Assembly (NCBI GenBank): GCA_964504425.1
Contig: CAZDFF010000002.1
Location: 1-42,514 of the forward strand
Source: an uncultured Hyphomicrobiales bacterium
GTDB taxonomy: Bacteria > Pseudomonadota > Alphaproteobacteria > Rhodospirillales > 2-12-FULL-67-15
Direction: 5' to 3'
Length of the DNA stretch: 42,514 nucleotides
Position 1 is the stretch's first letter, and each line of letters starts with the position of its first letter. Positions 36,419 through 42,514 of the stretch are shown piece after piece. The translations under genes were made by a program, and so were the position numbers. The notes under the pieces were generated by a model that was not told where the DNA came from, did no database searches, and saw only the letters and a program-made list of their open reading frames with translations.

Positions 36419-36918
36419 GCTTCGCCGACGGTATCGATCATCGCCGCTTCGATGGCCTCATTGGCGCTCTTGCCGCCCCACATGACGTGCTGGAAGGCGG
36501 GATAAAAGCGCTCGCATTCGAGCAGCGCGGTATCGAGCAGGTCTTCCAGCTGTTCGACGCGCGGACCATTGGTGCCCCTGAGCGGCATCGCGTGGCGGAA
36601 CATCGGCAGGCCCTCGTCCTGCCACAGGCCGAAGTGGCCCAGCCACATGCGCTCGTTCACCAGCACCAGAAGCTCGTGCACCGGCTTTCGCTTTTCCGGC
36701 GGCACGCGCATGTCGAAGGCGCAGGTGAAGTGCATCGCCTCCAATTCCTCGTTCCAGGCGAAGTAGAGGCTGTAGTCGCACCAACGCCCCGGTACCTGGG
36801 CGGCCATCTCCTGGTCGCTGCGGCGGTCGAACGTCCAGTCGTTGAACTCGACGATCTGTTCGATGACGTCCAAGGGGTTGGAATGCGGCTGATCGGCGAT
36901 AGCGTCGATGAAAGACAT
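36415..36918 (-). CDS. YbjN domain-containing protein
   Basis: 167 aa preceded by AAGGAGG. NPLDVIEQIVEFNDWTFDR...YSLYFAW...LEAMHFTCAF is typical of the YbjN-like gene found upstream of proC in alphaproteobacteria (from memory). Confidence 0.78.
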   Translation of the reverse strand: MSFIDAIADQPHSNPLDVIEQIVEFNDWTFDRRSDQEMAAQVPGRWCDYSLYFAWNEELEAMHFTCAFDMRVPPEKRKPVHELLVLVNERMWLGHFGLWQDEGLPMFRHAMPLRGTNGPRVEQLEDLLDTALLECERFYPAFQHVMWGGKSANEAIEAAMIDTVGEA

Positions 36919-37103
36919 GCCCGACCCTCCTTTGGCGCCGGGCCCGCCTTGCCAGGAAGGCGCGCCCGGGCACGATGCGACAGATGTCGCTCATCGAAGA
37001 GGTTAAACCGCAAGATTAGGTATTTATGACGAAATCTTGTGCTTTTTGCCCCACTCGATACAAGGGCTAGCTTGCCAATTCCTTGAATCGGACGCAAGAG
37101 TCG

Positions 37104-37125
37104 AAATCGCGCTCGGGCGCGATTT
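37104..37125 (-). terminator. hairpin AAATCGCGC-N4-GCGCGATTT downstream of ubiK
   Basis: 9-bp perfect stem with a 4-nt loop, 40 nt after the ubiK stop. A/T runs flank the GC core on both strands. Confidence 0.35.
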
Positions 37126-37164
37126 TCTGGGGATAAGGAGTCGGATGATGCCCGAAAGGGGCGA

Positions 37165-37470
37165 TCAGGCTTTCTTGCGCGGCCGCGCGGCGGGTTTCGC
37201 CGCTTTGGACGGCGCCTTGGCTTTGACGCCCAGTTTGGCCTCCAGCGCCGCGACGCGCTTCTCCAGGCGTTCCTGTTCGGCGCGGGCTTTGGCGGCCATC
37301 GCCTTGACGGCGTCGAATTCGTCGCGTTCGACCAGGTCGAACCGGGCCAGCAGGCGTTCGACCTGGGCCCGTACCATCGCCTCGATCTCGCCTTTGACGC
37401 CGACCAGGGTCGAAACGGCGCCGTTGGCGACGCGGGCGAGATCGTCCAGAACGCGGTTTTTCGATTGCAT
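37165..37470 (-). CDS. ubiK: UbiK/YqiC family accessory factor (BMFP coiled coil)
   Basis: 101 aa: NRVLDDLARVANGAVS...GEIEAMVRAQVERLLARFDLV.RDEFDAVKAMAAKAR.E. Confidence 0.8.
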   Translation of the reverse strand: MQSKNRVLDDLARVANGAVSTLVGVKGEIEAMVRAQVERLLARFDLVERDEFDAVKAMAAKARAEQERLEKRVAALEAKLGVKAKAPSKAAKPAARPRKKA

Positions 37471-37583
37471 GGTGCGGCCCTTCCTCGGTTGCGCGGTTCC
37501 AATATGGGCCGAAGGGCCTTTCCCCGCAACCGGCCGCGTCCTATAAGCATCCCGGAAGAAATAAGGGCGCGCGAGGAAGGCAA

Positions 37584-38567
37584 ATGTACGTCGTGACCGG
37601 CGGCGCCGGCTTCATCGGATCGAACGTGGTCGCGGCGCTGGTCGAACGCGGGGCCGGGGTCGCCGTGTGCGACCGGATGCGCGACGGCGACAAGTGGCGC
37701 AACCTGGCCAAGCGCGAACTCGTCGACATCGTCCAGCCCGAACACCTGTTCGAATTCCTCGACCAGCATTCGGGGTCGATCGACGCCGTGGTCCACATGG
37801 GCGCCATTTCGGCGACCACGGAGCGGGACGTCGATCTGATCGTCGCGGTCAATTTCCGCCTTTCGCTCGGGCTTTGGCATTGGTGCGCGCGGAATCGGGT
37901 GCCCTTTATCTATGCATCCTCGGCTGCGACCTACGGCGACGGCGACGATGGCTTCGACGACGACAGCGCGCTCGATGCGCTCGCCAAGCTCCGCCCGTTG
38001 AATCCCTACGGCTGGAGCAAGCACCTGTTCGACCGGCGCGTCGCGCGCATGGTCATGGACGGCGAGGGCCATCCGCCGCAATGGGCCGGCCTCAAATTCT
38101 TCAACGTGTTCGGCCCCAACGAATACCACAAGGAAAGCCAACGCAGCGTCGTCGCCCAAGTGTTCGCCTCGGTCGCGGCCGGCCATTCGGCGCGGCTGTT
38201 CAAGTCGCACCGGCCGGATTATCCCGACGGCGGACAGAAGCGCGATTTCGTCTGGGTCGGCGATTGCGTCGACGTCATCCTGTGGCTGCTCGACAGCCAG
38301 AAAGTCTCCGGGCTGTTCAACTGCGGCTCGGGCAAGGCGCGTTCGTTCGCCGAACTGGCGACCGCCGTGTTCCATGCCGTCGGCCGCGAGCCCAAGATCG
38401 ATTACGTGCCGACGCCGGAAGCGATCCGCGACCGCTATCAGTATTTCACCGAGGCGAAGATGCAGCGCCTGCGTGCCGCCGGCTACGCCAAGCCGTTCAC
38501 GTCCTTGGAAGACGGCGTCGGGATGTACGTGAAGGATTACCTCGCCAAACCCGATCCTTATCGGTAG
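37584..38567 (+). CDS. hldD: ADP-glyceromanno-heptose 6-epimerase
   Basis: MYVVTGGAGFIGSN, FIYASSAATYG, NPYGWSK, KFFNVFGPNE.HK, KRDFVWVGD and YQYFTEA....LRAAGY align by eye along the full length of HldD/RfaD. Confidence 0.88.
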   Translation: MYVVTGGAGFIGSNVVAALVERGAGVAVCDRMRDGDKWRNLAKRELVDIVQPEHLFEFLDQHSGSIDAVVHMGAISATTERDVDLIVAVNFRLSLGLWHWCARNRVPFIYASSAATYGDGDDGFDDDSALDALAKLRPLNPYGWSKHLFDRRVARMVMDGEGHPPQWAGLKFFNVFGPNEYHKESQRSVVAQVFASVAAGHSARLFKSHRPDYPDGGQKRDFVWVGDCVDVILWLLDSQKVSGLFNCGSGKARSFAELATAVFHAVGREPKIDYVPTPEAIRDRYQYFTEAKMQRLRAAGYAKPFTSLEDGVGMYVKDYLAKPDPYR

Positions 38568-38573
38568 GCGCCG

Positions 38574-39365
38574 ATGACCTTCGCGCTGACCTTCCCCGCG
38601 ATCGACCCGGTGCTGATTGCCGTCGGCCCGTTTCAGATCCGCTGGTACGCGCTCGCCTACATCTTCGGCCTGCTGATCGCCTGGCGTCTGGCGCGCGCCA
38701 TGGCGACCCGGCGGCCCAAGGTCGCGACCGCCGAGGCCGTGGACGATTTTCTGGTCTGGGCGACGTTGGGCGTCGTCCTCGGCGGGCGGTTGGGCTACGT
38801 GCTGTTCTACAATCCGGCCTACTACCTGTCGCACCCGTTGTCGGCGCTCGCCATCTGGGAAGGCGGCATGTCCTTTCACGGCGGCTTCCTGGGCGTTGCG
38901 ATCGGCGGCCTGATCTTCGTGCGGCGGCACAAGATCGACGGCTGGCGCTTCGCCGACATCGTCGCCGCGGTCGTGCCGATCGGGCTGCTGCTCGGCCGCA
39001 TCGCCAACTTCATCAACGGCGAATTGTTCGGCCGGCCGACCGACGTGTCCTGGGGCATGGTCTTCCCGCGCGGCGGGCCCGAACCGCGCCACCCGAGCCA
39101 GCTTTACGAGGCCGCGCTCGAGGGCCTGGTGCTGTTGATCGTGCTGCAAATCATGTGGCGCACCGAAAGTATCCGGTCGCGGCCCGGCATCGTCGCCGGC
39201 ACGTTCCTGATCGGCTACGCGCTGGCGCGCTCGTTCGTCGAACTGTTCCGCCAGCCCGATCAGCAGATCGGCTTTCTCGCCGGCGGCAGCACCATGGGCC
39301 AATGGCTGTCGCTGCCGATGATTCTGGTCGGCGCCTGGATGATCGTCCGGGCGCTGCGAAAATGA
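38574..39365 (+). CDS. lgt: prolipoprotein diacylglyceryl transferase
   Basis: IRWYALAYIFG, WEGGMSFHGG, GRIANFINGELFGRPT..SWGMVFP and HPSQLYEA..EG are Lgt signature motifs. Confidence 0.95.
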   Translation: MTFALTFPAIDPVLIAVGPFQIRWYALAYIFGLLIAWRLARAMATRRPKVATAEAVDDFLVWATLGVVLGGRLGYVLFYNPAYYLSHPLSALAIWEGGMSFHGGFLGVAIGGLIFVRRHKIDGWRFADIVAAVVPIGLLLGRIANFINGELFGRPTDVSWGMVFPRGGPEPRHPSQLYEAALEGLVLLIVLQIMWRTESIRSRPGIVAGTFLIGYALARSFVELFRQPDQQIGFLAGGSTMGQWLSLPMILVGAWMIVRALRK

Positions 39366-40417
39366 ACCCGCTGGCCCGGCATCTGCGCCGCGTCATCGAA
39401 TTGGAAGGCCCGATCTCGGTGGCGGCGTTCATGGACGCGGCGCTGTCCGATCCCGACCACGGCTACTACCGGACCCGCGATCCCCTGGGCCGCGCCGGCG
39501 ATTTCACGACCGCGCCGGAGGTCAGCCAGATGTTCGGCGAACTGATCGGCCTGTGGGCCGCCGTCGCCTGGCGCCAGCTCGGCGCGCCCGATCCGGTCGA
39601 TGTGATCGAACTCGGGCCCGGGCGCGGCACGCTGATGAAGGACGCGCTGCGCGCGATCGAGGGCGTGCCCGATTTCCGCAACGCGCTTCGCGTCCATTTC
39701 GTGGAAACCAGCCCGGCCCTGACGATAAAACAGGCGGCATCCCTGAAAGGGTCCGGCCACGCGCCGGAATGGCACGAATCGTTGGAGGCCGTGCCGCCGG
39801 GGCCATTCGTCTTGATCGCCAACGAATTCTTCGACGCCCTGCCGATCCGCCAGTTCGTCAAGACCGGTGACGTCTGGCGCGAACGGCTGGTCGGCTTGGG
39901 CGACGGCGGCTTCGGTTTTGTGATGGGCGATATTTGCGAGGCCGAGTTTCCCGATGCCGAGGACGGCGCGATCTTCGAGGTCAACGAAGGGGCGAATCGA
40001 ACCGTTGCCGAAATCGCCCGCCGCATCGCGGTCCACGGCGGTGTAGCGCTGATCGTCGATTACGGCCACATGGGCGGCGTCGGCGAAACCTTGCAGTCGG
40101 TGAAGGGCCATGTTTTCCATCCGCCGCTGCTCGATCCGGGCGATGCCGACCTCACGGCGCATGTCGACTTCCGGGCGCTCATCGGCGCGGCGACGGCGGC
40201 GGGCGCGGCGGCGTACGGGCCGCTGCCGCAGGGCGCGTTCCTGGAACGGATCGGCCTCGCGCATCGCGCCGCGAAGCTGAAGGAAAAAGCCCCGCCGGAA
40301 TCGCGCCTGGCGATCGAGCTGGCCCGGGTTCGCTTGGCCGATCCGCAAGCCATGGGCGCGCTGTTCAAGGTGCTGGCGCTGGCGCCGAAGGAAGCCGCGC
40401 CGCCGCCGGGGTTTTGA
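39362..40417 (+). CDS. class I SAM-dependent methyltransferase (MidA/NDUFAF7-like, DUF185)
   Basis: The ATG at 39362 makes an ATGA overlap with lgt. Only this part of track ORF 37667..40417 is real. The sequence reads YY......GRAGDFTTAPEVSQMFGELIGLW...ELGPGRGTLM.D. Confidence 0.8.
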   Translation: MNPLARHLRRVIELEGPISVAAFMDAALSDPDHGYYRTRDPLGRAGDFTTAPEVSQMFGELIGLWAAVAWRQLGAPDPVDVIELGPGRGTLMKDALRAIEGVPDFRNALRVHFVETSPALTIKQAASLKGSGHAPEWHESLEAVPPGPFVLIANEFFDALPIRQFVKTGDVWRERLVGLGDGGFGFVMGDICEAEFPDAEDGAIFEVNEGANRTVAEIARRIAVHGGVALIVDYGHMGGVGETLQSVKGHVFHPPLLDPGDADLTAHVDFRALIGAATAAGAAAYGPLPQGAFLERIGLAHRAAKLKEKAPPESRLAIELARVRLADPQAMGALFKVLALAPKEAAPPPGF

Positions 40418-40521
40418 TTTGAAAGCGCGTCGCAGGCGCGGGACCCGAACTTGCGGCGGTCCGTGCGTGGGCGCATATTCGGTGCATCTCCATTAAGTGG
40501 CGCCTTTAGTGCGTGAATCGG

Positions 40522-42514
40522 ATGCCGGGCATCGAAGAGTTTAAGAACGACGACTCGCGGCTGTCGCAATGGCATGGCTATGCGCCTCTTTTGCTGTTGG
40601 CGCTGATCGCCGTCGCGATGCCTGAGGCGGCGCGCGTTTCGAAGGCCGTCGGTCCCGCGATCGAACACGCCCTGTTTTTCGTCGCGGTCGGAATTTCGTT
40701 CGCGGGCCTTTCGATCCGCTGGCTGACGATCGGATTTGTCGGTTCGACACGGGTCGATTCCAGGGAATCGGATTCTGCCGATCAATTGAACACGACGGGC
40801 ATGCATTCGCTCGTTCGCCATCCGCTGCATGTCGGAAATTTTTTGGCGACGCTGGGGGTGATCGTCAGCCTCAAGGTATGGTGGCTTCTCGCGATCTTCG
40901 CCGTCGGGTATTGGTTTTATGTTCGTCGTGCCGTTGTGCAGGAAGAAACCGCGCTCGAAATCCGTTTCGGCGACGCTTACCGAGCGTGGGCCGCGAGAAC
41001 GCCCGCGTTCTTGCCGAGATTCGGCGGCTGGCGTGCGCCGGCCGGGCGGTTTCTTCCGGGGATCTTGTTCGGGCGCGAATACAACGGCGTGCTTGCCGTC
41101 TGCGCCAGCTTTTCCGTCTTGGAATTTGCGTCCGACGTTTTCATGCAGGGCACCCCGATCGAAACCTGGGTACGCGAGGATGCGGCCTGGGTCGCGCTCG
41201 GCGCGACGTCGGTGGCGCTGTACTTTATCCTCCCGTTTTTCGAAAAGCGGCCGGCGCCTGCGGAAAATTCGGGTGCGGTGCCGATGCGCGCGTCGCAGCG
41301 GTTTCATTTCTGGCGGGTGCTGCTGATCGCGTTCGTGCTGATCGAAACCTGCGATACCGCGGCCCTGATGGCGTGGTCGGCGTTGGCGGGGACCGGGCTT
41401 CAATCGGGCGTCTTCGCGATCCTGGCTTCCGGGCTTATTGAAAACCTGGCGACCGGGCTGGTCATCGTGCTGCCGACGGTCGGCGCCATCTATCTTTTCC
41501 GGCGTGCGTTCCAGAAACGCGTATGGGCGGCTGTCGCCCATGCCGGACTGTTTGTCGTGTGCGTCGGGCTCGTGTTCAACGAATTCGCCGAGGCCACGTT
41601 CTGGAACGAATTCGATAGTCGCTACAACTCGATCGCCGTCAACTACATCGTCTTTCCGCGCGAGGTCATCGGCAACATCCGCGAATCCTTTCCGCTTGGA
41701 ATTCTTCTGCCGATCGTCATGGCGCTGAGCGCCGCCCTCTATCTGCTTTTGCGTCGGTCATTCTCGCGAGCGCTGGCGGCACCGATCCGCATCGGCGAAC
41801 GCCGCCGGGCGTTGGCCATGGCGGTGGCCTCGGTGGCCGTCGCCGGGGCGGTATTTGCGGCGGATATCCCGTCCCGGTTCGCCAATCGCGAGGTCGCGGA
41901 AATCGCCACCAACGCCTATCACGCGCTTGTCCGGGCCGCCGTCACCAACGACGAAAAGTTCGACGGCCTATATCTTTCCATGCCCGACGACGAAGCCCTG
42001 GCCCTGACGCGTCACATGGTCGCGCGCGACGGTTCGGCATCGACGGCCGACGGGTGGGCCAGGGGAGGCCTGTGGCGCAAAATCGCGAACCCGGGTCCGG
42101 CGCGGCCGTTGAACGTCGTCCTGGTGTTCGAGGAATCGTTCGGATCGGTTTACGTCGACGGACACGACAACAAGGGTCCCGAAAAAACCTCGCCCAATCT
42201 TTCGGCGCTCATCGAGGGCGGGGTCTTTTTTTCCAACGTCTACTCGACCGGAAACCGGACGGTGCGCGCGCTCGAAGCGATTCTCACGTCGTTCCCGCCG
42301 ATTCCCGGCGCGTCGACCGTGCGGCGTCCCGGTTCGGCAGGGATGAACTCCCTGCCGGCGTTGATGCGGACGCAGGGCTACCGGACGGCGTTTCTCTATG
42401 GTGGGCTCGCGACGTTCGACAACATGGGAACGTTCTGGTCGTCGATCGGTTTCGAGGACGTTTGGGACCAACGCGATATCGCCGAGACCGGCTTTACGAC
42501 GATCTGGGGCGCCG
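40522..42514 (+). CDS. partial CDS (runs off the window): ICMT/PEMT-like membrane methyltransferase fused to an LtaS/sulfatase-type transferase
   Basis: Frame +1 has no stop from the TAG at 40507-40509 to the window end, so the ORF track does not list it. Possible starts are ATG at 40522 and GTG at 40513. The methyltransferase part reads NTTGMHSLVRHPLHVGNFL...VQEETALEIRFGDAYRAWAARTPAFLPR. About 7 TM helices follow. From nt 42112 the sequence reads NVVLVFEESFGS...NLSALIEGGVFFSNVYSTGNRTVRALEAILTSFPP. Confidence 0.75.
   Translation, partial: MPGIEEFKNDDSRLSQWHGYAPLLLLALIAVAMPEAARVSKAVGPAIEHALFFVAVGISFAGLSIRWLTIGFVGSTRVDSRESDSADQLNTTGMHSLVRHPLHVGNFLATLGVIVSLKVWWLLAIFAVGYWFYVRRAVVQEETALEIRFGDAYRAWAARTPAFLPRFGGWRAPAGRFLPGILFGREYNGVLAVCASFSVLEFASDVFMQGTPIETWVREDAAWVALGATSVALYFILPFFEKRPAPAENSGAVPMRASQRFHFWRVLLIAFVLIETCDTAALMAWSALAGTGLQSGVFAILASGLIENLATGLVIVLPTVGAIYLFRRAFQKRVWAAVAHAGLFVVCVGLVFNEFAEATFWNEFDSRYNSIAVNYIVFPREVIGNIRESFPLGILLPIVMALSAALYLLLRRSFSRALAAPIRIGERRRALAMAVASVAVAGAVFAADIPSRFANREVAEIATNAYHALVRAAVTNDEKFDGLYLSMPDDEALALTRHMVARDGSASTADGWARGGLWRKIANPGPARPLNVVLVFEESFGSVYVDGHDNKGPEKTSPNLSALIEGGVFFSNVYSTGNRTVRALEAILTSFPPIPGASTVRRPGSAGMNSLPALMRTQGYRTAFLYGGLATFDNMGTFWSSIGFEDVWDQRDIAETGFTTIWGA

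Noticed and set aside
37667-40417. 916-aa plus-strand ORF, and 36657..39302 (881 aa, minus strand)
   Set aside because: Both are stop-free alternative frames across hldD and lgt. Only 39362..40417 (the MidA-like methyltransferase) is credible, and the other parts contradict strongly supported genes.
40060-41541. 493-aa minus-strand ORF, plus 40878..41441 and 40919..41326 plus-strand ORFs
   Set aside because: They are Arg/Pro-rich and featureless. They are displaced by the open-ended frame +1 ORF, which carries clear ICMT-like and sulfatase-like motifs.

Overview
This is a 42.5-kb, high-GC, gene-dense chromosomal segment. Its gene order looks alphaproteobacterial (possibly Rhodospirillales-like; that assignment is inference only). 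I call 45 protein-coding genes and one tRNA. Most of the window is conserved housekeeping. It includes the rplU-rpmA-obg-proB-proA-nadD-rsfS-rlmH string, with many ATGA/GTGA start-stop overlaps. It also includes gpmI-envC-like-ctpA-yibQ-like-rppH, an SDR+folB pair, uvrC-pgsA and mobB-moeA-moaD-moaE. Further on come a LOG-family gene, ilvE, a MarR gene plus an OmpR/EnvZ-type two-component pair, and MFS, GST and mgtA. The right part holds csaA, phaP, a TetR gene, proC-ybjN, ubiK, hldD, lgt and a MidA-like methyltransferase. No rRNA, CRISPR array, transposase or integrase was seen. The parts that are not ordinary core are listed below.
1. A low-GC islet of about 1.1 kb abuts the 3' end of tRNA-Ser(CGA). 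It carries only a NERD + zinc-ribbon gene.
2. A second low-GC islet (27.2-27.9 kb) holds an orphan small ORF. On one side it is bounded by two tandem, oppositely oriented palindromic elements of about 77 nt, each ending in CTAG.
3. An orphan secreted and membrane-anchored 411-aa protein is wedged, on the opposite strand, between the MarR gene and the response-regulator gene.
4. A secreted protein fuses an EF-hand pair to an M23 peptidase with an atypical second metal motif. Its 3' end overlaps mgtA.
5. A DUF6065-like conserved hypothetical lies between the LOG gene and ilvE.
6. An open-ended ORF runs off the right edge and is absent from the supplied ORF track. It fuses an ICMT/PEMT-like membrane methyltransferase to an LtaS/sulfatase-type transferase.
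Nothing here is demonstrably a new multi-gene system. Items 6, 3 and 2 are the best leads. Many long ORFs in the track are antisense or out-of-frame high-GC artefacts and were rejected.
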